This document shows, piece by piece, positions 1 through 11,435 of a stretch of 64,000 nucleotides of DNA. Both the position numbers and the translations under genes were made by a program. Position 1 is the first letter of the stretch. The number at the start of each line of letters is the position of its first letter. The stretch is from assembly GCA_918797485.1 (NCBI GenBank), contig CAKKNE010000004.1:1860001-1924000 (forward strand). The letters run 5' to 3'. The notes below the pieces were generated by a model. The model made no database searches. It saw only the letters and a list, made by a program, of their open reading frames with translations, and was not told where the DNA came from. The DNA is from Pelagomonas calceolata (lineage: Eukaryota).

Positions 1-171
1 GTGACCACGCGCTCAAGGCGAGCGGTATAGTACTATTAGGATAAGCGATACTTTGCGATGCATAGGGAAATAGAGTGTGTAGCCCCGGACTTCCCCGGCA
101 GCGTAGTGTAGTCGTCTAACGAAATAGTTTCTCCCATGTTTGATGGGGTTTGTGACGGGGAATTGCGTCCG

Positions 172-663
172 TCAATAAAAGTGACTCAGGATGATAATAG
201 TTAGGAGTGAGAGGCGACTTCCCCCTACAAAAGTCATGGAATTCAGTATTTCGGAGTAATCAATCTCTTTCTGGCTATTGGACCAGTGCTCAACGTAGTT
301 AGCCACTGGCAGTAGACAATAATCTTTGACATGTTCATTTACGTCATACGTAGTCCCAGGTAAATGTTCGGTAGACTTTTCTGTTGCGTACATAAGAGAC
401 TCGGGCTGGTACTTGATCGCCACAAGCTGCGCTTGTGTTATACCCAGTGCCTTGGCAATCTGTTTATCTTGCTCATAAAGACTCCAGATCTTCTGTTTCT
501 CAGCCTTCGATAGGTGTCTGCTGGGTCCTGTTTCGTTTCCATAGTTGGTGAGGGAGCTTTTTGGTTCGTACCACAGTTTCATAAAGTTGAAAAAGCTTTG
601 ACGGTCAATTCTCTCTCCCCCGGAACGGAGTAGGGTCCAGTCAGCTTGAGCACCGTTCTCCAT
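172..663 (-). other. Orphan AT-rich ORF (163 aa), probably a truncated viral or TE-derived fragment
   Basis: Open frame with A-rich codon usage unlike host genes. The ATG sits exactly at the edge of a (CA)n microsatellite. No family recognised. Confidence 0.3.
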
Positions 664-688
664 GTGTGTGTGTGTGTGTGTGTGTGTG
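663..688. repeat. (TG)13 microsatellite
   Basis: Directly visible tgtgtg run. Confidence 0.95.
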
Positions 689-828
689 TAGACTGTTTAG
701 AGGCTTGGTCTATGTCCTTTTCTTTAGGATATTCCTCCCTTACTAATCAGCATGATAGTAGTAATCATGATTACTAGTAATTATTTATTTACCGTAACTA
801 CCTCCACTGGCAGTCTGAGCCTGAGGTC

Positions 829-3800
829 TTACTCTACCTCCCCCACCTCCTCTTTTACCAAACCTTCATCAGCTGGAGGCATATACCCTTTCTCATCCGG
901 GAGAAGTACCACCCCGACTGTTTTATGGATTTGTTCGAGAAGATTTGATTCCAGGTAAGGGTGCAGGGCAATGTTTCCTTGGCGCATTTGCTGAAGCAAA
1001 TCGAAGGCGTCGTGTGCATTTCCTTTTTTAAAATGATACTCAACAAGAAGAGCGTACGCATCGCCAATCCGAATTGCCTAAATATCAATAATAAAACGCA
1101 TACGAAGCTCAATCGGGGGAAGCCACACAAATACCCACTGTTGTCGCCTCTCGCCTGCTCAAGATGGCAGTGCACATATCAGCCATCTTGTGAGGATCAG
1201 ACTTTTCGTACTTTCGGGCTTGGACAAAATCAGTAACAATAGCTATCCGTGATTCAAGAACGTCAATGCGGCATTCCCGATCAATCAATTTTTTGGCTTT
1301 CTCGAGTTGTTGTTTTGACTCTTTTAGTGCATCCAAAGCCTTCTCGTAGTCGCGAAACTCATCTATTTCCATCTGCGCATAGGCATCGTAGAACGCAGCA
1401 AGAGGTTCATGTGCACGTGCTTTAGTGTAGAACTCAACAATTCGTTTTGTCAGCTCGGCCGCATCAGTCGAGCCCGATTGCCAGTCCAGCGACTGGAGAT
1501 AATTTGCTGCTAGTATATATATGTCACGATTCCGACTCACAGAAGCGTAATATATGATATTTTTTGTGTCTCCGCTTTTCAACAAACATCTTAGAGCGCG
1601 AGCACGATCACCAGCCTGGGTAAACTTTTTGCATGCAAGTTGATAGGAGTTTTGCTTCTTACACACACGTGCAAGATCAAGAATCAGCTCTACACGCTCA
1701 TCATGGCTTATTGCTGGGGCCTTGTGTGAGATTAATGAATACTGCTCACCTTTACCACTACTATCATCATGATCTCGGTATTTTTCTATCTTTGGGGGAG
1801 TCATTGCATCGGCAAGCTCCTCCGTAATTGTGACATGGTGTTCACAGCAGAGCATGATTGCCTGCTTATATTTCCCACCCCTGATATACAGCCTGACAGC
1901 CTGCTCGTACTGACCGTGCTCGACAAAGAATTCAGCGCAGCGCGCTACCACATTGGGTGGAGCCGAGTTGTCTAGTTCTCTAGAGATAGTGGAGAGAACT
2001 TCAAACATTTCCGTGCGTCCAGCACTACCTACTTTGAAGCAGAGGTCGAGTGCTTTTGCAAGTTCACCGCCTTTCTGGTAGAGGTGGACAGCTTTCTCAA
2101 ACTCACCTTTTCGCTCAAAATAGAGAGCACAATCAACTTGAAGGCTTGGACAAGCCTCTATGGAGAATTGCAAAAGGTTAACGTCTAGTTGATATTGACG
2201 TGCCAGACGAATTGCGTGGTTATAGCAACCAGACTTAGCAAAATAATGTATCGCCTTATTGATATCACCGCAACCCTCGAAGTGGCGAGCAAGATGGTAT
2301 GCGCCAGCTGCTGAAAATGATTGACCAATAATTTCTACTGCATGATTTGTCTGGTTTGAAAAGCATGCCACGCGCACAAGGGAGTAATAGTCACCAACTG
2401 ATTCATAGCAATGCTGCGCTGAATCAATGTGCCCCAAGGACTCACAGTAGCCAGCCCACCACCTCATTAGCTCAGTGTCCTTAGCCCGCATGATGTACCG
2501 TTCCAGTGCCGCTTGCTCACCTCTAGTGACTAACATACGAGGTACCTCACGTCGATGGGTGTTGGCTAGCTCGAAGTGTCTAGCAGCGTTGTCGTACGAC
2601 CCCAGTGCCTCAAGATGCAGTGCGTAGCGATGGTGAGTTGAACGAAGGTGAATGCGGTCTGAGTACGATGCCAAATCAAGAGCAAGTTCCCATTCACCGG
2701 CTGCTTGGTACAATTCATTCAAGAGATCGAAGCGTCGGCACTCACGATAAAGCCGTGCAGCATCATTGCGAAGCCCCAGTTGAACCGCAACCTAAAGACA
2801 ACTGCAGCTCAAAATGTTATTGCGCCCCAAAATGTTTCTCTCGCAGACACAAACCGATGCAACTCGAGCTTCTAGTTCAGCAATCTCAGCCTTGGCAATC
2901 CGGACGGCAGCGGCGCCCCGCGCATGTCCCATGTGACCAAGGCAGACTTCTGCGACGTCCAACCGCTTTGTCTGCACGCACATGTGTGCCATGTTTTCCC
3001 AGACCGCAGGGGATTCAATACAGCGAACAGCCCGATGTGCTTCGTCCATGTTGCCAATTGTCAGATGGAAAGAGAAATCAAGCAAAGCAGAGCGTGTTTT
3101 ATTGTCAGCGTCATCAAGACCAACAAAGTCTCGCATCACGCGACTACATAGCGCGACACACCTCAAGTTGGATGTATCATTGTCTCCATCATCACTATTG
3201 CCAAGACTGCCGTCAAAATCTGTTTTAGTACCTCTGGTACTGCAGCGGGTAAAGAACAGCTGAGGCACTTGAACCCCTAGAAGAGCTTCTAGGGGTGGCT
3301 CTAAGGGGAAAGCATCCTGAAGCAGCATTCCATACTCAGCTGTCACAAACAAGGTCATAACTTGCACGCCTGAGCTAGAGTTCCCTCGAACGTTCTGTGT
3401 GAGGTCGCTTGCTATGCCATGCCGGGACTCTGTTGGTTCAAGTGAACCCGAGACCATGCTCTGAGCCAATAAATGCGGTTGACTTAGTTTGTTGACTCCA
3501 TAATCCCCAAGTACAATCGGCACTTTTCGTGCTTGCCGTGTCTCACAAGTCAGTAATTTGGGTTCAAGCGGATCCCAAAAATGAGAAGTTGGGAAATGCT
3601 GCAGCTCAAAAAAATCATAAGAGTCAACAATATCCCTTTCTGAGTCATATACGTGTAAACGTGAGTCGGGTTCTCGAATCCGGACAGATTTGCCATATAC
3701 CTAAGGTTGTATCATGTAGAAATTATTCACGCGACATTGAATTAGCTCTAATCCACTCGCTAACGCACATGATCAGCAATGATAGAAACACGTGTACCAT

Positions 3801-5992
3801 CAGAATTACAGCGAATAGAACGAATGGCGTTACCTTTTGATTTCTCCTGAGTTTGTGTGGCTTGGTGCCCTTGTGATGTTTTGCAGTGGATTCTTTGCGA
3901 CTCAGTAGAAATTGAAATGGAAGGGACAAGGTTCTGTGCATGTGCCCAGAGATTAAAATGGCCTGGAGAGCCAAGTTGTTTCGGCTCACGGCGGGTCACT
4001 TTGAATAATTTGATAAGACCTGTATCTGTCGCAACAGCAAGGAACTGACCGTTGACATCAAGATGAGTAGGAGAACCCTCGCCTTCAGAAAATGTCATTT
4101 TCTGGCGCACAATACCATTTAGGTTGCAAAGCTCGACTACATTATTCGATGCACGATATATTGTCTCATCACGGAGAGCCATGGCGCGTGCTGTAGACGA
4201 AAATTTTGCAATTGGCAGCGGTTTGTTGTCTCCCATATCATAAGACCATTCAAACACCTGTGCCTTCTGGCCGTTCCAGACCAAAACCTATAAATTACCC
4301 GTAAGCAAGCATAAGCAAGACAGGAGAGGCGGGATAGAGGGAAAGCTCAAAATGACGCCGTGTCTTTCGTGTCTAGAAGATACAGCAAGACCTCGGATGG
4401 ATATATCGGCAGCCAACAATGCGCTAGCACCGCTTTGCCTTTCGAGTCTGACACTGTCAGTTGAGAGCTGAATGGCTCCAACATCGCAGCAAAGAAGTCG
4501 GTGAAGCACGGTCTCGGAAAGAAGAGAGGCTTGTCCATTAGGAGCGGCAGCTACAAGTAGGCCTTGGCCGGGTCCCCATGCAAGCAAATCGATGGATGAA
4601 TTGCCTCCACATGCCGTTGATGACGGCATCGCTTCCCAGTCATTTGCCTATATTAACATGCGTAAAATTTACCACAAAAGTGTATACATTTACGGTGGTC
4701 CCTGTGTTCTTTCCATTATCGCAGCACATATGCTGGTACTTACCCACAAAACGCCACATAGCGATGCTACCATCTTCTGTACCCGCAGCAAGAAATCTTT
4801 GCAATGGATTGAAGGCCACTGACGACACACGCGAATCGAGCCCCAAGCCTACTGAAGATAGTGTCACAATATATGTTTCGTCACTCAGAAGATTCCAGAG
4901 TCTTATCAATGCCTATTTGCACAAGATAGCATGGCTCCTGTTAAATTTAGACACCGACAGGCCAGAGCGCTCTGGAACCTCTCCGGTAGCAGCAGCAATA
5001 ATTCCCGGTCCCGCCCAACAGACGTGCTTTATACCACGTTCTGGTGAGCCACCAGCAACTGAAACTTTCATTTTCATTATGGGAACCACCTTGCAGTCAC
5101 TACGTATTTCAAGTTGGGCCAGTATAAATGTGCGTGTCAAAACAACAAGACGTGATTTCTTTTCGAAAAAGAGCATATGGTCGATGTATGCGCCAAGTGT
5201 CTGCACTTCGCTTACTCGCCCCAAGTCGTCTATGTAATGCACAGAGCCCCGGCGTGTTCCAAGGAATAATGAAGACGACAGTCCTTGTGCAAGTGCATCT
5301 GTCTGGACCTATCAATATATGCTACGGAGTTATGCACTGCCGATTAACACAGAGTAGTGCCAAGCCCAGGCTCAACGGTGTAAAGACCTATGATTGCAAT
5401 AGAAAAAATGAAACCCGCTTGACATGACAGAGCCCGCGCTGGCTTTGCGCGGCGCAGGTAACCCCCGATCCAATGGAGATGCCTTTAAAGAGAGAAAGGC
5501 CTCCACGGTTATCCGCCTGATCAACATCCCCCCAGGATTAAGAGGTAGCAGTATTAAAGTTTTTACCTTCCATATTAAGATCGCACCAGAGTTATTCGCA
5601 GAAACGAGTCGTGTCGCCGACGGGTTCCACATAACTGTACGAATAGGCGCTTGCCCACTCGAATCAGTAAATATACAAGTGCTTGATAGCGTATCAGCCA
5701 GATCACGGGGACTAACTTCGGATGATGACAAAGGTGATAAATCCCATACAGAGATGCTGCCATCTCCCCATCCGGCAGCAATTACTTTGGCTGTCGGGTG
5801 CCAAGCAATCGCCGTCGCATCGCTCTTGCGAAGGATTCGACATCGCTCCAAAGACACACCCTCTTCCAGGTAGAATGAAATACAGTGGTCATTTGTTGAG
5901 AATGCACAGATGGGCTCTACAACGCACCACGCTGCTGAGATCACTTTTGAACACCCGGACAATAAGCATGGAAAATCAAGGAAAAGCGACAT
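829..5992 (-). CDS. IFT140: Intraflagellar transport protein 140 (WD40 + TPR), multi-exon
   Basis: Successive minus-strand ORFs encode WD40 repeats (AIAWHPTAKVIAAGWGDG), then VWENMAHMCVQTKRLDVAEVCLGHM, DRIHLRSTHHRYA, YQLACKKFTQAG and IYILAANYLQSLDW. Last exon 1077-829 (AIRIGDAYALLVEY...VGEVE*) follows a 61-nt GT-AG intron at 1138-1078. ATG MSLFLDF at 5992. Internal exon boundaries not all resolved. Confidence 0.93.
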
Positions 5993-6428
5993 AACTGCCG
6001 CCGTACTGCGGTACAAGCTGGTACCATGGTACCGTAGGTACGAGCTTGTACTAGACTCGAGCTAATTATACTGGTAAGCTCTTACTGTCGGTGCGCGTAG
6101 CCCGACCTCTTGCTAATTTGTCATAGCATACCCGCCGTTCATAGCCTAATATAGGTGGGAGCTTGGGGGACCGAGGCCCGATTTTCCGAGAGTCAAGTTG
6201 GGCCCGGACTCGGAGATTTGAAATTGATCCGACCGCGACCGTGACCGTGCCAGTGACTCTGACTCATCATGATGATAACTTGAACTTGAATGACTCGGCT
6301 AATCATGACTCCGAGTCGGATTTGTTCAAATCATGCCAGTGACCGTGACCGTGACTCGGACTCGTTTCGAACCCCCCCCCTCCAAACGTGGTCTAGCAGT
6401 TTCATTACATTACAGGTAGTTTGCTGAG

Positions 6429-7156
6429 ATGAGTAGCTTGCTGGTCGGCTCTGCGACGATTGTCGCTGCCCATTACGCTCGGACTCGGAGAAATAAACAA
6501 CATGGTACGTACACTTGGTGGGTGAGCAAAGCCAACGCACAAGGCATCATTACTGACATAGAAGATGTCATGGGAGCAATAAACGGCTACGAACTCACTA
6601 GGGGTGTAGCATGGAGATTCGCTTTCACGACCAAGATAAACATGTGCGAAACATCAGCCATGCGCAGATTTTGTGATTTAAATAATAACATCCCACCAGG
6701 ATGGGATCTTAGAAGTTCACACTCCAACTATGGCAACGTACTCACTAGAATGACCTACAGTTTTCTTCAAAAGAGACTAGCTTACGAGCTAAAAACCTTT
6801 TGTGACAAGGGCGATCATAAAGGTATTGGCTCTCAACTCGTCTGCTGGAAGAGAATAAAAGATATTTACAACAATCCACTGATTCCAAACCAATACTATG
6901 CAACTCATGAGCTTCTTACATAATGGGTCGATGCTCAGAGGGCGACAAACATGACACTTATTACATAGATTTCAAAGATCAAACAGGAGCACTGAAGCAC
7001 ACGTTAGCCACTCGTGAACATAGAACTATGCATGACATCAAAACGTTCAGCGTCGGATACTACTCAGGCGGTAGTCTGACTGTGGACGATGGTAAACGAA
7101 AATTTCTAAGTCGACGCAGACACACCAGCTCTACTAGCACGGACCGTGTCAACTAA
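6429..7156 (+). other. Two adjacent orphan AT-rich ORFs (164 aa + 77 aa) joined by a TAATG stop/start overlap
   Basis: ORFs 6429-6923 and 6923-7156 with A-rich, non-host codon usage, followed by T-rich tracts. No family recognised. Confidence 0.35.
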
Positions 7157-7274
7157 CCTGAAATTCACCTTGGGGTGTTTTCTCTTTAGATTTCTTTTTG
7201 GGTGTTTTTCCTTGTTTAGGCATTCACTGTAAAACACTCTACGTCAATAGGCAGAACCCTGTGGGCCCATAACC

Positions 7275-7725
7275 TAGCAAGAGTATGTCGCAGCGTTATG
7301 TAAGTAGCAGGGTCTTAGCTAATCAGCCTAGGGCTGATAGGCCTGACTGCGAGAGTGTTTTATAGTGAACTGTTGTTACACCGTAGTGCTTTTGACACTC
7401 GATGTATAGACTCAAATATTAGAGAGTGGGAGATACATATCTAGGGTAGGAAGGGCTAGTAGGTTTCTCTCTCTACGTGGGTACCTAGGGTACCTACGGT
7501 ACGGTAGGTACCTAGTACCTACTAGAGAGAGAAACCTACTAGCCCTTCCTACCCTAGATATGTATCTCCCACTCTCTAAATTTGAGTCTATACATTGAGT
7601 GTCTATCGACGCTACGGTGTAACAACAGTTCACTATAAAACACTCTCGTAGTCAGGTCTATCCAGCCCTCGGCTGGTTAGCTAACACCCTGCTACTTTAC
7701 ATAACGCTGCGACATACTCTTGCTA
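7275..7725. repeat. Long inverted repeat (fold-back): arms 7275-7475 and 7523-7725, 47-bp GGTACC-rich spacer
   Basis: Left arm tagcaagagtatgtcgcagcgttatgtaa...aggtttctctctcta is the reverse complement of right arm tagagagagaaacct...ataacgctgcgacatactcttgcta, with scattered mismatches. Confidence 0.97.
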
Positions 7726-7841
7726 CCTACGGTACCTGCGGTACGGTACAGTGTACACTTATTGCTTGCATGCCGCGGCGGCTGAGCGGCAGCTGTTTAT
7801 ATGTGCATATGCTGCATCTAAACTGAACTCCCGAGGCTGCC

Positions 7842-10800
7842 ATGGAGGAAACACCTGACGTTGTTAAGTTCCAGCCGCCCCCCGGGGTCCTTACGCGAAG
7901 CTACACGGTGCTCCCGAGCGGATTGCTGTGTGGAGTTCAGTCTGAGAATATGTTTAACTCAGACGACATGTCCCTCAAGCAAATGTACCATAGAATGAAG
8001 CACTTGCCACATACAACACCCTTTAGCTCTCCGGTGGCAGCCGCTGCGTTGGATGCCGTGCCCGTTTGCATGCTCGTATTGGGTAGTTCTGTATCTAAGA
8101 AAAGAGACCTTTTCCAGGGGCCATACCCGGGGAAGGAGATGCTTCCAGTCGCTTCTCAGACGGAAACAGATGCGGGTGAAGGAATTATTGGCCTGCTTTC
8201 AAATGATTTGTTTGAAGTACTAGCCGCGAACACAAATTGTCCCTGGGGCTCGAATTTTGCGCAATGGCGTTGCGTGGTAACTGTCAAGTTTGTCGAATTT
8301 CATGACGAGCTTGTGACCGACCTCCTTCGGCCATCGACTAATGAGCGTATTGATGATACAACACCATGTTTTCGCAAGGCTGCTGGAAAAGATTGTGGAA
8401 TAGCTGGTACCGTAGTAGTCACTAACGACATGCATCGCGGTGCCTATCTCCAAGGAGCTACGTCACAGCGAGTATATTCAGCAACGGACGTGGCGCGGTT
8501 AGTCCAGGAGGGACGTTTGCGTCGTGATCAGTATGCAGACGTGCAGGCATCCATGGATTGTGCAGCTTGTTATTTTGAATTAGAGCTGCACCACCTTGCC
8601 TTGAGTGATCGCAGCGAATGCAAGCCCTCACCCACGACCGCACGTAGTACAGTGTTAAATAATGAAGAGCTGGCACAGGGTTGGAAGTGCATCGCGCTAT
8701 CGACAATTTCTATCATAGAGGTACCGTCAACACACAAGCTTGCGATACCTCGGGAGCAGCTCATTCTACGAGAGGGCTCCAAAAGGAATCGTTCTTTGTA
8801 CTCCCTTGTATCCTGCATTGATAACCTCTGCAAGCCACATTCAACAAGAGTGCATGTCTCCCATGGAAATTCGCAGCTGGCTTCATTGCTTGCAGAACGC
8901 CTCGGGGGGAATTGCTTGTTGCTATCACTTGCTTGTGCTGATGCAAATGACAGTTCAGAGACGCGTTCTGCCACGCTACAGCTACAAAGCAAACTCGGTA
9001 GCATACGCCAATTTCCAGTCTCTTTATCTCAAACGCATGTCCTGGGCCTGGTGCTGCGGCATCGGGCATGTATGCTTGCCATGAATCGCTTAGCAAACGA
9101 CCACCATTCTCAGGTTACAAAGTCAGAACTTGTTGTCCGCGAGAAGAACGATGACTTTGAGCAGCCCCTCGACGCTCCATTATCTAAGCGTTTACATATA
9201 CTCGAGCGCTTGCTTGCCGATAGCAGGCTTGACACGACATCTGCACGCGAGGATAGTACCAGGGTGTATAATGTCTTAGAATTGTTCAAGGGCAAATATA
9301 CACAGCTTGCGGAACAAAAGGCTAACCAGGCTAAAGCACTGATCCGCGCGGAGCAAGCAAAAATGGACATCTCTCGAGCGTTTCTCGAGTCCAAGCTTTC
9401 GAAAAGCAATCTGCGGGCATCCTCCGAGCTTGATCGCTATTCGTCGGAATCCGTGTTTCTCTCTCTCAAAGATAGGGCGGCCGAACTCGCGATAGAGTGC
9501 GAAGAGTTGAGAGCGCTTAAGGCCCACATGCAAAGCCGCGAGAACTTCCTGACGACGGAACTGAGTAAGACCCACGAAACCTCAGAAAAGCTCCGCTGCG
9601 AAGTAGCGAGATTCAGCAGAGAGGAAGATGTTCTTAGGCTCGAGGCCAACACGGAAAAGGCCCGAAATATTGAAATATCAGCCGAGTTACTCAGAGTGGC
9701 GCAACAGCGAGACGCTCTAAAAAGGAGCGCACAAAAGCACAACGAAATCACTCGGAAGATCGACAGAGATTCGGCGGTCGATGCGACATCTGTGGACGCG
9801 GACAGGCGGAACCGACAACTGCTAAAGAGTGCGAATGAGATGAAGGCCGAGTTCAGTGGCCTTCAGCGAGATCACGCTAGCGTGACAGCCGAACTGTCAC
9901 AGGCACGGGTAGAGGCCGAACGAGCGCTTTTGGACCAAGATAAAGACGCAGCTGCCATTCTAAAAGCAAGAGAGGCAGAGCTTGCCGAAGCAAGGGAACT
10001 TGTAGAAGAGAGTCTTCAAAAATTAACGTTGATGAAAGATGCCAAAGAAAAAGATGCTTGGGGTTTGCACGGAGAGGTACTGGCGATGAAGAGGCGTGTC
10101 AGTAATCTAGAACTTGCTTTGAAGCGAAGTAAGGCAGATGCTGCGCAAGTAAAAATGGAAGGAAATGCGATGAGGAAGCGATGCATAGCCCAGGAAGCAG
10201 ACTATTGCGCACGACTAGATGCAGATCTTGCGTCAGCACTGGAAATCGTCTACTGGACCAGCCAGGACGCTAGACCGAACACGTCGATGGACAGTCTCCC
10301 AACTTTGAACGGATTGGTCGTGAAGTTTGTTGAATTCAGGGATCCTTTACAGAAAAACTCCTTTTCCGCTTGCTATCAACGCTTTGTGCAAAGCTATCGG
10401 GAGAGGGAAGGCCAGTTGGGTTCAGACGTCGATAACTTGAGGGCGTCACAACGCCTGGCCACTGCCCGTCTGAAGGCCGCCCTCGATCACTGTGATTGTC
10501 TCCAGGATGCGCTGACGCGACACTGCCCGACGAAGGTGAAGGAGCTAAAGCACGAATTTGGCGAGACGCTCGAACGCGCGGCCGGTGATCTTTCCGAGGC
10601 CCAGGTACCACAGACCGTAGAGGCAGAGCGCGAGAGCTATTACGCTGCGTTGGACGAAGTGAGAGCCCGAGCGACGCTGCAGCAAGGTCGAGCGATAGCC
10701 GCGATACGCAGCCTGCAGAAGGCATGTAAAGAGAAGCAGGAGCGCAACGACGATCTTGCACGGCAGATCGATGGACTCTGTGGGGAGACCCCCCGCCCGG

Positions 10801-11435
10801 GCGTCAAACCTCGTGCCAGCGAGGAGACGTCCGCGGTCACGACGCGCTTAGAAGCAAACAGGTCGCCTGTTGTACAGGGTGAGACCGAAACTGAACCCCA
10901 GAGAGACAGCAAGGAAGGCAAAGAAGATATGGACCAGGCATTGATACGTGCGAAAGCGCATTATGACGAGGCTTTGAGGAGGGCCGAAGCGCTTAAACTC
11001 GTCGCCAACAGAATGCAGCAAGCAAGGGAACCTCAGCATACTTCAAGGACACAAATAGATCCAGACAGACGACGAGCCAAGGCTGGAAAGCAAATAGCCA
11101 CAGCTCGCAGAGCGGTGCAAAGACTCCATCGTGACCTTGAATTGGCAGCTCTTGGCGACGACAGCCCCGCGAGAATGGGATCCTCCGAAATGCGCAACCT
11201 CAGCTGGCTAGATAAGTCTTCAAGAACACCAGAGACCAGTTCGAATCCAAATGCGAATGTGAGAGACATAACCCCCAAGTCGACAATGGCCCTGCTTGGC
11301 GAGGCCGAGGGGCGATGTGTACAACTCGCCTATAGGGTTCAAACGCTGGAGGAGGAGCTGGCACGCTACCGCGAATATATGGAACGAACAATTCGTCGAT
11401 ATCATGTCGTGCAGTCAGAAACATCGCAGGAATAG
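7842..11435 (+). CDS. Divergent kinesin-motor-like protein with long coiled-coil tail (possible CCDC78-like segment)
   Basis: Single 1197-aa ORF. Kinesin-like motifs VTVKFVEFHDELVTDLL, NRSLYSLVSCI, SQLASLLAERLGGNC, then about 750 aa of coiled coil. P-loop and switch motifs are degenerate. Confidence 0.7.
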   Translation: MEETPDVVKFQPPPGVLTRSYTVLPSGLLCGVQSENMFNSDDMSLKQMYHRMKHLPHTTPFSSPVAAAALDAVPVCMLVLGSSVSKKRDLFQGPYPGKEMLPVASQTETDAGEGIIGLLSNDLFEVLAANTNCPWGSNFAQWRCVVTVKFVEFHDELVTDLLRPSTNERIDDTTPCFRKAAGKDCGIAGTVVVTNDMHRGAYLQGATSQRVYSATDVARLVQEGRLRRDQYADVQASMDCAACYFELELHHLALSDRSECKPSPTTARSTVLNNEELAQGWKCIALSTISIIEVPSTHKLAIPREQLILREGSKRNRSLYSLVSCIDNLCKPHSTRVHVSHGNSQLASLLAERLGGNCLLLSLACADANDSSETRSATLQLQSKLGSIRQFPVSLSQTHVLGLVLRHRACMLAMNRLANDHHSQVTKSELVVREKNDDFEQPLDAPLSKRLHILERLLADSRLDTTSAREDSTRVYNVLELFKGKYTQLAEQKANQAKALIRAEQAKMDISRAFLESKLSKSNLRASSELDRYSSESVFLSLKDRAAELAIECEELRALKAHMQSRENFLTTELSKTHETSEKLRCEVARFSREEDVLRLEANTEKARNIEISAELLRVAQQRDALKRSAQKHNEITRKIDRDSAVDATSVDADRRNRQLLKSANEMKAEFSGLQRDHASVTAELSQARVEAERALLDQDKDAAAILKAREAELAEARELVEESLQKLTLMKDAKEKDAWGLHGEVLAMKRRVSNLELALKRSKADAAQVKMEGNAMRKRCIAQEADYCARLDADLASALEIVYWTSQDARPNTSMDSLPTLNGLVVKFVEFRDPLQKNSFSACYQRFVQSYREREGQLGSDVDNLRASQRLATARLKAALDHCDCLQDALTRHCPTKVKELKHEFGETLERAAGDLSEAQVPQTVEAERESYYAALDEVRARATLQQGRAIAAIRSLQKACKEKQERNDDLARQIDGLCGETPRPGVKPRASEETSAVTTRLEANRSPVVQGETETEPQRDSKEGKEDMDQALIRAKAHYDEALRRAEALKLVANRMQQAREPQHTSRTQIDPDRRRAKAGKQIATARRAVQRLHRDLELAALGDDSPARMGSSEMRNLSWLDKSSRTPETSSNPNANVRDITPKSTMALLGEAEGRCVQLAYRVQTLEEELARYREYMERTIRRYHVVQSETSQE

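Noticed and set aside
7412..7633. 73-aa ORF with self-similar sequence
   Set aside because: Artefact of the inverted repeat.
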